64,000 nt of DNA from Candidatus Nomurabacteria bacterium. GTDB taxonomy: Bacteria; Patescibacteriota; Minisyncoccia; Phycocordibacterales; UBA918. The notes below the pieces were generated by a model, which was not told where the DNA came from, ran no database searches, and worked only from the letters and a program-made list of their open reading frames with translations. Where the stretch lies: NCBI GenBank assembly GCA_020632135.1, contig JACKGC010000001.1:581124-645123 (forward strand), given 5' to 3'. Positions 50,851 to 59,629 of this stretch are shown here, in pieces (the stretch's first letter is position 1; the number at the start of each line of letters is the position of its first letter). A program made the translations under genes and the position numbers.

Positions 50851-52797
50851 TTACTTTTTCTTCTCCTCAACCAGCTCAAAATCAAGCTGTCGCTCATCTT
50901 TGTCGGCGCGGACAAGCTTCACTCGTACTGGGTCGCCGAGGTGATAGATCTTGCCAGTGCGTTGGCCTTTGATCCGATACTTACTGGCTTCATGTTCAAA
51001 GTAGTCGCTCTTGATGGTGGCGAGTCGTACCATGCCTTCAGCCATTGACTCTACATCTTGTACGTAAATACCCCAGTCAGCCACGCCGGTGATGACGGCG
51101 TCAAACTCTTCGCCAACTTTGTTCATCATGTATTCGACCTGTTTGAACTTGATCGAGTCACGTTCGGCTGAAACCGCTTCCATTTCACGTTCAGAAGACT
51201 GGATTGAGATCTGTTCGTACTTGGCGGTTTCTTTTTGGCCGATGCTTGAGCCGTCAAGGTGGCGGCGGAGCATACGATGTACCATGAGGTCTGGGTAGCG
51301 GCGAATTGGGGAGGTGAAATGGGTGTAGTACTTAAAGGCGAGGCCAAAGTGTCCAATATTTTTGGTCGAGTACACCGCCTTGGCCATACTGCGAATGCTG
51401 GCTGTCTTGATCAGGTTTTCTTCCGGTTTGCCCTCGACCGCTGCCATAAGCTTGTTGATCTCTGTCGCTTTTACTACTCCCTTGTGGGCCTCAAACTCAT
51501 AGCCAAGCGCGTGCACGAAGGTGGTAAGTTCTTCAATTTTGTCTGGGTTTGGCAGGTCGTGGATACGATATACAAACGCCATCTCACGGTTCTGACTCTT
51601 CGCTTTCTGGTTGATGTGCGTCGCAACTTCGCGGTTAGCGAGGAGCATGAAGTCTTCGATCATCAGCATTGTCTCGGTGCGATGCTTCTTGTATGCGCGA
51701 ATAGGTGCGCCGCGTTCATCAAGCTCGAACTTCACCTCTGGCTGTTCAAAGGCAATGGCGCCACTTTGGTAGCGTTTTTTACGAAGGAGACGTGAGAGGG
51801 TCATAAGCTGATTGAGCTCAGCGAGGTAGTCACCAGATTGATCATCGAGCACTTTCTGTGCATCTTCGTAGGCAAAGCGCTTGTCAGAGTGGATGATGGT
51901 CTGGCCGTACCATGCAGTTGCAACCTTGGCTTCAGGAGTGAGTTCAAACACCGCCGAAAAGGCAAGTCGGTCTTCATTGGGTCGGAGTGAGCAGAGGTCA
52001 TTACTGAGTACTTCAGGCAGCATCGGGATCACGCGATCAACTAGGTATACCGAGGTACCACGTTCACGGGCCTCAAGATCGAGTGGTTCGCCTTCGACTA
52101 CGTAGTGTGAGACATCGGCAATGTGGATACCCACTTCCACGTTGCCATTTTCAAGTGTTTGCACTGAGAGTGCGTCATCGAAGTCTTTTGCATCGGCCGG
52201 GTCGATGGTCATGGTGGTAACCCCGCGGAAGTCGCGTCTCTTTGGGTCGGCGATTGCTTCGGCAAAGATCTGCTCTTTACGTTCGTAAAGCTCATGGGCG
52301 GCTTGCTGGACCGATTCGGGGAAGGCTTTCGAAAAACCGCCGGAGCGAATGATAGCTTGCATCTCAGTCTCATGATCGCCAGCGCGGCCAATCACTTCGG
52401 TGATCTTGGCCAGTGGGTCGAGGTTGGGTTGGCTCCACTTGGTAATATCAACCACCACCTTCATGCCAAGGTCGTTAGCGGTAGCTTCGGGTAAACGAGG
52501 GCGGATGTGAATGCGGCGGTTGTCAGGAGCGAGGTGGAAAAAGTTCGTACCGCCCTCCTCCTTCTCTTTTACTGTACCAATCAGTTCGCGGTGGGCAGTC
52601 TTCACTACCCGTACCACCTTGCCTTCTTGGCGCTTGCCAGGGACTTTTTTCTTGAGTTCAACTTCTACGATATCGCCATCGAGCGCGAAGCCTAAGGCTT
52701 CGCGCTCGATCACGATATCTTCCTCAAGGTCTGGATGAGCCACAAATCCGGTCCCTTTCCCGCGGATCATAATGGCTCCTTCATGGGTTTTGTTCAT
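50851..52797 (-). CDS. rnr: Ribonuclease R
   Basis: N-terminal CSD/OB region, RNB domain (TIDPADAKDFDDALSV, HFGLAFKYYTHFTSPIRRYPD), C-terminal S1 domain. Confidence 0.9.
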   Translation of the reverse strand: MNKTHEGAIMIRGKGTGFVAHPDLEEDIVIEREALGFALDGDIVEVELKKKVPGKRQEGKVVRVVKTAHRELIGTVKEKEEGGTNFFHLAPDNRRIHIRPRLPEATANDLGMKVVVDITKWSQPNLDPLAKITEVIGRAGDHETEMQAIIRSGGFSKAFPESVQQAAHELYERKEQIFAEAIADPKRRDFRGVTTMTIDPADAKDFDDALSVQTLENGNVEVGIHIADVSHYVVEGEPLDLEARERGTSVYLVDRVIPMLPEVLSNDLCSLRPNEDRLAFSAVFELTPEAKVATAWYGQTIIHSDKRFAYEDAQKVLDDQSGDYLAELNQLMTLSRLLRKKRYQSGAIAFEQPEVKFELDERGAPIRAYKKHRTETMLMIEDFMLLANREVATHINQKAKSQNREMAFVYRIHDLPNPDKIEELTTFVHALGYEFEAHKGVVKATEINKLMAAVEGKPEENLIKTASIRSMAKAVYSTKNIGHFGLAFKYYTHFTSPIRRYPDLMVHRMLRRHLDGSSIGQKETAKYEQISIQSSEREMEAVSAERDSIKFKQVEYMMNKVGEEFDAVITGVADWGIYVQDVESMAEGMVRLATIKSDYFEHEASKYRIKGQRTGKIYHLGDPVRVKLVRADKDERQLDFELVEEKKK

Positions 52798-52906
52798 GGG
52801 GTGAGTATACCTTTTATATAGGTAATCTCAAACCTATATACCTTTGCTGCCACTGCCGAGGAATTGCTATTGACGTTTATTTGCAATCTGGTATGCTAGC
52901 GCCACT

Positions 52907-53392
52907 ATGTTAATGATGCGTTTACAACGAGTTGGCCGCCGCAACGATCCTTCGTATCGTATTGTGGTGACCGACAAGCGAACTGGCCCAAAAAGCGACA
53001 AGCATGTCGACCGTCTTGGTTCGTACAACCCAAAGATGAATCAGGTGCAGCTTGATGCTGACAAGGCCAAAGAATGGCTCAACAAAGGCGTCCAGCCATC
53101 TGATACTGTGCACAATCTTTTAGTGTCCCAGAAGGTGATCGACGGCAAGAAGATCAACGTTCTGCCAAAGAAGTCACCGATCATCGACGAAGAGGCTATT
53201 AAGCGAGCCGAGGAGGAGGCCGCAGCCAAGGCGGAAGCTGAAAAGGCAGCAGCCGAAGCGGAAGCAGCAACAGCTGAAGAAGCAGAAGTCGCTACTGAAA
53301 CTACCGAAGCAGCTACAGAGGAAGAAGTTGTTGAAGAAGCTCCAGCTGAGGCAGAAGCTCCTGTAGAACAAGAAGCCGAAAAAACAGCGTAG
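52907..53392 (+). CDS. rpsP: Ribosomal protein S16 with Glu/Ala-rich C-terminal extension
   Basis: RLQRVGRRNDPSYRIVVTDKR. Promoter-like TTGACG (52870..52875) and TATGCT (52892..52897) leave only about 9 nt before the ATG. Confidence 0.88.
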   Translation: MLMMRLQRVGRRNDPSYRIVVTDKRTGPKSDKHVDRLGSYNPKMNQVQLDADKAKEWLNKGVQPSDTVHNLLVSQKVIDGKKINVLPKKSPIIDEEAIKRAEEEAAAKAEAEKAAAEAEAATAEEAEVATETTEAATEEEVVEEAPAEAEAPVEQEAEKTA

Positions 53393-53496
53393 TTTTTTCA
53401 CGAACACGCATTGACTCCAGAGGGACACTCTCGTATGATTTTAGTAGCACGTTGCTTTTTGTGTGACGGTGCTTACCAGTTAGACAATATTGATGT

Positions 53497-53850
53497 ATGG
53501 AACAGTACGAAGACAAGCAATTTCTCGAAGCTCTCGTAAAAGCCCTTGTTGATCATCCGGATGCAGTACATATTAACCGCACGGTGGATGAGATGGGAGT
53601 ACTCCTCACGCTTGATGTACACGCAGACGATATGGGCAAGATCATTGGTCGTTCTGGCAACACCGCCAAGGCTATCCGCACCCTCCTTCGGGTGGTGGGG
53701 ATGAAGCACGACGCACGCGTTAATCTCAAGATCAACGAACCAGAAGGGGGTAAAGGGATGAGTAATGAAATGGCTGAGGCTATGCAGGATGATAATCCAG
53801 CAGTGGAGCCTAAGTCTCTCGACCAGGCAATCGACGATTTGAAAATATAA
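53497..53850 (+). CDS. KH-domain RNA-binding protein (KhpA/YlqC-like)
   Basis: LVKALVDHPDAV...DMGKIIGRSGNTAKAIRTLL (GxxG KH motif), in the conserved position between rpsP and trmD. Confidence 0.8.
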   Translation: MEQYEDKQFLEALVKALVDHPDAVHINRTVDEMGVLLTLDVHADDMGKIIGRSGNTAKAIRTLLRVVGMKHDARVNLKINEPEGGKGMSNEMAEAMQDDNPAVEPKSLDQAIDDLKI

Positions 53851-54083
53851 ACTGACGAATAACGTCGTCGTTACAAGAAAAACAGCACTCGCTGGACTAC
53901 TATGTCCCACTCGTGCTGTTTTTCTTTAGACTCCTCGTTCTTCGTCAATTTCTAGTTTTCAAATCCAGGACAGAAAGGAAGAGGCCGGCGCTTCGCCCTA
54001 GTTTTTAAGGAGACACTTGTTGACTAAAAAACGGGCGTGCTTTAGGGGTACGGCGCCGGCCTTTTCTGTGCTACGCTACTTCC

Positions 54084-54515
54084 ATGAAACGCGGCCATGA
54101 TTTCATCGGTGTGACAGCAGTGACCATTTGCCATGATGGGCACGGGAATTACTTGCTTGGCCACCGGAGCAACAAATGTCGTGACGAACATTTTCGATGG
54201 GATGTGGTTGGTAGTGGTGGAGTAGAATTTGGTGAGTGGCTGGAAGAAGCGATTCAGCGTGAAGTCAAAGAAGAGTGTGGGGCGACCGTACAGAATATCG
54301 AGCCACTCGGCTACCGGGAAGTGCATCGCGAGCACGATGGCGAGAAAACCCACTGGATCGCGCTTGATTTCAAAGTCGAGATCGACCGCGACCAGGTACA
54401 CAACCCGGAGCCAGACAAGTGCTTAGAAATGAAATGGTTCAAGCTTTCAGAATTCCCTGAGCCGATGCACTCCCAGTGGCCGATCTTTTTTGAAAAGTAC
54501 AAAGAAAAGCTTTAA
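54084..54515 (+). CDS. Nudix hydrolase
   Basis: Canonical Nudix box GGGVEFGEWLEEAIQREVKEECG. Confidence 0.85.
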   Translation: MKRGHDFIGVTAVTICHDGHGNYLLGHRSNKCRDEHFRWDVVGSGGVEFGEWLEEAIQREVKEECGATVQNIEPLGYREVHREHDGEKTHWIALDFKVEIDRDQVHNPEPDKCLEMKWFKLSEFPEPMHSQWPIFFEKYKEKL

Positions 54516-54522
54516 TTTAAAT

Positions 54523-55197
54523 ATGCAATTTCACGTCATCACGTTATTCCCAGAGGTGTGCGAAGCGTATACTAGCGCCAGTGTGTTAGGGCGGGCGCAG
54601 AAGACCGACAAAGGTAAGGGTGCTAAAAGTCGCGGCAAGAAGCTTGAGGTGAGCTACTACAACCCGCGTGACTTCACGACCGACAAACACCGCAAGGCTG
54701 ACGACAAACCATACGGCGGTGGGCCAGGTATGGTGATGAAAGCCGAGCCGATCATCAAAGCGTGGGAGAAGGCGGTGGGGCGGAAGCGTGACCAGAAGAA
54801 AGTGAAGACGCTCATTATGTCACCGCGCGGGAGAATGTTCACTCAGAAGCTTGCGAAAGAGTATGCGAAGAAGTACGACCACTTGGTGCTCATTAGTGGC
54901 CGCTACGAAGGCATCGATGCCCGCGTGAAAACGGCACTGAAGGCGGAAGAGGTAAGTGTAGGTGACTATGTACTCACCGGTGGCGAGTTACCAGCACTCA
55001 GTATTATTGACGCCACGGCGCGGCACATCCCGGGCGTACTTGGTGAACAGGATTCACTTGAGGATGACCGCGCCACCACCGGCGAGGCGTACACCCGGCC
55101 GGAAGTAATTCAATTCAAAAAGAAGAAGCTAAAGGTGCCCGAGGTGTTTCTCAGTGGTCACCACAAAGAGATCGAAAAGCGACGTAGCATGAAGTGA
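54523..55197 (+). CDS. trmD: tRNA (guanine37-N1)-methyltransferase
   Basis: MQFHVITLFPE, PYGGGPGMVM, LISGRYEGIDARV, YVLTGGELPA. Start at ATG 54523. Confidence 0.92.
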   Translation: MQFHVITLFPEVCEAYTSASVLGRAQKTDKGKGAKSRGKKLEVSYYNPRDFTTDKHRKADDKPYGGGPGMVMKAEPIIKAWEKAVGRKRDQKKVKTLIMSPRGRMFTQKLAKEYAKKYDHLVLISGRYEGIDARVKTALKAEEVSVGDYVLTGGELPALSIIDATARHIPGVLGEQDSLEDDRATTGEAYTRPEVIQFKKKKLKVPEVFLSGHHKEIEKRRSMK

Positions 55198-55233
55198 GTG
55201 TGATAAAATCAAACTAAAGCTAACCGACATACT

Positions 55234-55650
55234 ATGGACCCACAAGAACAACTACAAGGCAACCCTGCACCCGAATCAATGGCGTCGCAGGCTGCACAAC
55301 CAGCTCAGTCAGGGGAGGTGGCTACTGATGAGAGTGGTGAATATCGCAATTTTGCCGTGCTTGGATATATTTTTCCGTTTCTGTTCTTCTTGCCACTTTT
55401 TGATGATGAGTCAAAGAAGGTGCCGTTTGTACGTTTTCATGCCAACCAACAGCTTATTTTACTCATTGTAGTGATTGCCGCGTACATTACGCGCAATCTT
55501 TTGATTATGGCACTTATGACGGTGGGGTATTATCTTAGTCATATTGTGATCGTGGCGATCTTGGCGTTGGTTGTGATGGGGGTCAACAATGCCTACCGGG
55601 GCGAACTGAAGCAACTGCCGTTCGTGGGCCACTTCAAGCTGTTGAAGTAG
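55234..55650 (+). CDS. Small membrane protein (DUF4870-like)
   Basis: YIFPFLFFLPLF and FHANQQL motifs with 3 predicted TMs. Confidence 0.6.
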   Translation: MDPQEQLQGNPAPESMASQAAQPAQSGEVATDESGEYRNFAVLGYIFPFLFFLPLFDDESKKVPFVRFHANQQLILLIVVIAAYITRNLLIMALMTVGYYLSHIVIVAILALVVMGVNNAYRGELKQLPFVGHFKLLK

Positions 55651-55680
55651 CTGCTGAAAAATAGAAACAGACATAAAGAA

Positions 55681-55705
55681 ACCCCGAAACGTGGGGTTTC
55701 GGGGT
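55681..55705 (-). terminator. Terminator for ORF 55719..56126
   Basis: The minus strand reads ACCCCGAAAC-cccac-GTTTCGGGGT followed by TTCTTTAT. Confidence 0.7.
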
Positions 55706-55718
55706 GGTGGGTCACTTC

Positions 55719-56126
55719 TTACGTGTGTGTTTGCGCCGCTGACGCACTGGCTGGTTCGTCATGTTGAATACTTTTCCCGATGGCGGTGAGTATCCATGCT
55801 GGGGTCATTGCTATCACGATAACCAGCTTGCATACGACACCGATACTTTTCAGGATAAGCATACTCACGACTCGGAACAGCAGGAGTATTTTCCATGCAT
55901 CACCGATCAGGTTCTTTGGCTGGTACTCATTCCAGGCGTGGACCGATCCTAAAAAATTGCCAAAACCCTCATGTCGAACTTGGTACGGCATGTAGAACGA
56001 CACTCCTCGAGGTGGGTCGTACAGGGCTTCGTCCCATGATCCCAGCCAGTTGCGGCAAAAGATGTTACCGATACTGATCCCAAATTCAGCCATGCTTTGT
56101 TTGAATCGTTCGTCATTGAAGTGCAT
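55719..56126 (-). CDS. Hypothetical protein with C-terminal TM
   Basis: 135 aa, hydrophobic stretch VVCKLVIVIAMTPAWILTAIG, no recognised motif. Confidence 0.45.
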   Translation of the reverse strand: MHFNDERFKQSMAEFGISIGNIFCRNWLGSWDEALYDPPRGVSFYMPYQVRHEGFGNFLGSVHAWNEYQPKNLIGDAWKILLLFRVVSMLILKSIGVVCKLVIVIAMTPAWILTAIGKSIQHDEPASASAAQTHT

Positions 56127-56192
56127 GATTCCTCCGCAATGTCATTGTGCACCAGTGCCGAGTGTAGCAGAGGTGCTTGGTGGTGTACAGGT

Positions 56193-56232
56193 AGCAGCCG
56201 GCAAAATATGCTTGCATATTTTGCCGGCTGCT
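56193..56232. promoter_or_regulatory. 40-bp perfect palindrome overlapping the putative rpoB promoter
   Basis: AGCAGCCGGCAAAATATGC-tt-GCATATTTTGCCGGCTGCT. TTGCAT (56212..56217) lies inside it and TATAAT (56234..56239) lies 1 nt after it. It sits between divergent genes. Confidence 0.55.
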
Positions 56233-56416
56233 GTATAATCTTGTCCACTAACGCAGTATTGCGATCTCGGGTGAGTTGTGAATGAGAGATTGTTGCGCGG
56301 GGGTAATTGTCACAGTCGTGATGCTTTTATTCATCCGGTAACAACTAAAGCGAATGAAATGCGCCGTTGGCGTGCTTTTCTCGTGTGTGTTGGACCATAA
56401 TCGTGAGAGTGATCTT

Positions 56417-59400
56417 ATGAGTAAAACAGACGTACAAGAACAGTCGATCGGACACTGGCCGCAGAAGCGCTTTGAAAAAGCGTCTGCACCACGTATTCCA
56501 TTGCCAGATCTCATTGAACCACAGCGTGAGAGCTACACGTGGTTTGTTGAGACTGCTTTGAAGGAGATCTTCCAGGAGTTTTCGCCGATCGCGGACTACT
56601 CGGAAAAGAAGTTTGAACTGCAGTTTAAAAAGTACGAACTCGGTGCACCAAAGTACTCACCGGAGTTTGCCAAGGAAAACAAGCGCACCTACGAAGCGCC
56701 ACTGCGTGCAACTGTCGTGCTGAAGAACAAAACCTTTGATTCAGAGAAGGATCAAGAGATCTTCATGACGGACATTCCGGTAATGACCGACAACGGTACC
56801 TTCATCATCAATGGTGTCGAGCGCGTCATCGTACCACAGCTTGCGCGTAGTTACGGTATCTTTTTCACCACGAACGAATCTAAGGGTAAGACCTATTTCG
56901 GTGCCAAGATCATCCCAGCTCGTGGGGCGTGGGTAGAGATCGAATCTGAAGCCGATGGTGTTGTTTACGTAAAAATTGATCGTAAGAAGAAATTCCCGAT
57001 CACATCGCTGCTGCGTGTGCTTGGCCTCGAGAAAGACGAGGAGATGATCAAGCTCATGAAGGGTGTTGAGCGTGGTGAGGAGTACATCAAGGCTACTCTT
57101 GAAAAAGATCCAGCCAAGACCACCGACGATGCATACATCGAGATCTACAAGCGCCTGCGCGACGGCGACCTTGCGACCGTGGAGAACGCCCGTGAGTTTG
57201 TCGACAGCATTTTCGCAACTGAGCGTTACGACCTTTCAGAGATCGGACGCCATCACTTCAATGGTCGGTTTGGTTTGTCTACCGACGCGAAGGCAACCGC
57301 CAACCGTACCGTGACCACTGATGATATGAAGCTTATCCTGAGGCACATCATCGAGAGCAACCACGACACGTCAGCCCTGCCAGACGACATCGACCACCTT
57401 GGTTTTCGTCGGGTGCGCTATTTTGGTGAAATGCTCCAGCAGCGTGTACGTGTTGGTATGACCCGCATGAAGCGCAATATCCAGGATCGTATGTCCACCA
57501 TCGAAGCAGAGACGTCGCTGCCGATGCAGATCATCAACCCGCGACCACTCCAAGCCGCGATCAAGGAATTCTTCACGACCAACCAGCTCTCACAATTCTC
57601 ACAACAGCAGAACATTCTCGCTGAGGTAGAGCACCTCCGTACGCTCTCAGCGCTTGGACCAGGCGGACTCACTCGTGAGCGCGCTGGCTTTGAAGTGCGT
57701 GACGTGCACCCATCTCACTACGGACGACTCTGTCCGATCCACACCCCAGAAGGTCCGAACATCGGTCTCATCCTTCGTCTTTCGATGTACTCTCGCGTGA
57801 ACCGTTTCGGCATCATCGAGACCCCGTACATGAAGGTGCAGAAGGGTAAGCTCCAAGACGAAGTGGTGTACATGAATGCTCACGAAGAAGAAGGGTATAC
57901 CATTGCACACGCAGCGGTAGAAGTTGATGATAAAGGTAAGATCAAGAATGAATTCGTGGAAGCTCGCTTCCGTGGTGAGCCACGAATGGTATCGCGTGAT
58001 GATGTTGACTACATCGACATCGCAACCAACCAGCCATTCTCAGTGGCGACCTCAATGATCCCATTCCTTAACCACGACGACGCAAACCGTACGCTCATGG
58101 GTTCAAACATGCAGAAGCAGTCGACACCGTGTGTGATCCAAGAAGCACCACTGGTAGCCACTGGCGTAGAAGGTGTGGCGGCACGCGATATTGGTCGTGT
58201 GCTCTATGCTCGTGAGCCAGGTGAGGTGGTAGAAGTGGATGCACAGAAGATCGTCGTCAAGAAGAAAGACGGTAAGACCGATGAGTACCCACTCACACAG
58301 CTTCAGCGCACTAATGACTTCTCTGCCTTTATGCATCGCCCAGCGGTATCGCTTGGACAGAAGGTAAAGCGTGGCGACTTGCTCGCCGACACGACTGCCA
58401 CTGATAATGGTCAGATCGCGGTAGGACAAAACGCTATGGTGGCCTTCATGTCATGGAATGGTGCTAATTACGAGGACGCGATCATCATCTCAGAGCGTCT
58501 CGTGAAGCAGAGCAAATTCTCAACCGTACACCTCGATGAGCTTGAAGTCGCCGTGCGTGACACTAAGCTTGGCCCAGAAGTGACCACTCCAGATATTCCG
58601 AACGTATCTGAGCTGAAGCTTCGTAATCTTGATGAGACTGGTGTGATCCGCATTGGTGCGGAGGTACGCCCGGGAGATATTCTCGTTGGTAAAGTAACGC
58701 CAAAGGGTGAAACACAGCTCACTCCTGAAGAACGTCTCCTCCGATCAATCTTCGGTGAGAAGGCGAAAGATGTGAAGGACACCTCACTTCGTCTTGAAGC
58801 CGGCAAGCGTGGTCGCGTGATCGGCGTGAAGATCTTCTCGCGTGAAAATGGTGACCAGCTCGAAAGCGGCGTCATCAAGCGCATCCATATCACCATCGCA
58901 CAGGTACGTAACGTATCGGTCGGCGATAAGCTTGCTGGTCGTCACGGCAACAAGGGTGTGATCTCTCGTATTCTTCCTGAGGAAGATATGCCGTACACCG
59001 AAGACGGTACTCCGATTGACATTCTCCTCACGCCACTAGGTGTGCCATCACGTATGAACCTCGGACAGATCCTTGAGCTTCACCTCGGAATGGCAGCCAA
59101 CACGCTTGGTTTCCAGGCGATCGTGCCACCATTTGCTGGTGCAACCGAGGACGACGTGAAGGAACAGCTCGAAGCGGCTGGTCTACCATCTGATGGTAAG
59201 ATCCAGCTTCGTGATGGCCTCACTGGTGAGCAATTTGCCAAGAAGACAGCGGTTGGGTACATGTACATCTTGAAGCTGCACCACATGGTGGAAGACAAGA
59301 TCCACATGCGTTCGATCGGTCCATACTCACTCATCACCCAGCAGCCGCTTGGTGGTAAGGCACAGATCGGTGGTCAGCGCTTTGGTGAGATGGAAGTGTG

Positions 59401-59629
59401 GGCGCTCCTTGGGTATGGGGCTGCGTACACGCTCCGTGAAATGCTCACGATCAAGTCTGACGACATCGTCGGCCGCTCTGCTGCCTTCGATGCGATCGTC
59501 CGCGGTGAGCAGATCAGCCACCCACACACGCCTGCTGCCTTTAATGTGCTCCTTAATCAGCTCCGTGGCCTGGCGCTTGACGTGAAGCTTGAGAAGGAAG
59601 AAGTGCGTCGTAATTATGAGAATGCTTAA
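56417..59629 (+). CDS. rpoB: DNA-directed RNA polymerase beta subunit
   Basis: Start at ATG 56417. Blocks include RPLQAAIKEFF, SQLSQF, GPGGLTRERAGFEVRDVH, NMQKQ, GRHGNKGV and GGQRFGEMEVWAL. Confidence 0.97.
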   Translation: MSKTDVQEQSIGHWPQKRFEKASAPRIPLPDLIEPQRESYTWFVETALKEIFQEFSPIADYSEKKFELQFKKYELGAPKYSPEFAKENKRTYEAPLRATVVLKNKTFDSEKDQEIFMTDIPVMTDNGTFIINGVERVIVPQLARSYGIFFTTNESKGKTYFGAKIIPARGAWVEIESEADGVVYVKIDRKKKFPITSLLRVLGLEKDEEMIKLMKGVERGEEYIKATLEKDPAKTTDDAYIEIYKRLRDGDLATVENAREFVDSIFATERYDLSEIGRHHFNGRFGLSTDAKATANRTVTTDDMKLILRHIIESNHDTSALPDDIDHLGFRRVRYFGEMLQQRVRVGMTRMKRNIQDRMSTIEAETSLPMQIINPRPLQAAIKEFFTTNQLSQFSQQQNILAEVEHLRTLSALGPGGLTRERAGFEVRDVHPSHYGRLCPIHTPEGPNIGLILRLSMYSRVNRFGIIETPYMKVQKGKLQDEVVYMNAHEEEGYTIAHAAVEVDDKGKIKNEFVEARFRGEPRMVSRDDVDYIDIATNQPFSVATSMIPFLNHDDANRTLMGSNMQKQSTPCVIQEAPLVATGVEGVAARDIGRVLYAREPGEVVEVDAQKIVVKKKDGKTDEYPLTQLQRTNDFSAFMHRPAVSLGQKVKRGDLLADTTATDNGQIAVGQNAMVAFMSWNGANYEDAIIISERLVKQSKFSTVHLDELEVAVRDTKLGPEVTTPDIPNVSELKLRNLDETGVIRIGAEVRPGDILVGKVTPKGETQLTPEERLLRSIFGEKAKDVKDTSLRLEAGKRGRVIGVKIFSRENGDQLESGVIKRIHITIAQVRNVSVGDKLAGRHGNKGVISRILPEEDMPYTEDGTPIDILLTPLGVPSRMNLGQILELHLGMAANTLGFQAIVPPFAGATEDDVKEQLEAAGLPSDGKIQLRDGLTGEQFAKKTAVGYMYILKLHHMVEDKIHMRSIGPYSLITQQPLGGKAQIGGQRFGEMEVWALLGYGAAYTLREMLTIKSDDIVGRSAAFDAIVRGEQISHPHTPAAFNVLLNQLRGLALDVKLEKEEVRRNYENA

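Noticed and set aside
53965-54070. SRP (4.5S) RNA-like motif CCAGGACAGAAAGGAAGAGGCC, resembling CAGGUCCGGAAGGAAGCAGCC.
   Set aside because: The substitutions are not compensatory for the helix-8 pairing (A.G and A.A where C-G and U-A are needed). The flanks do not form the required long hairpin, because the partner of GGCCGGCGC lies downstream, not upstream. More likely this is promoter and leader sequence of the Nudix gene with a loose inverted repeat.
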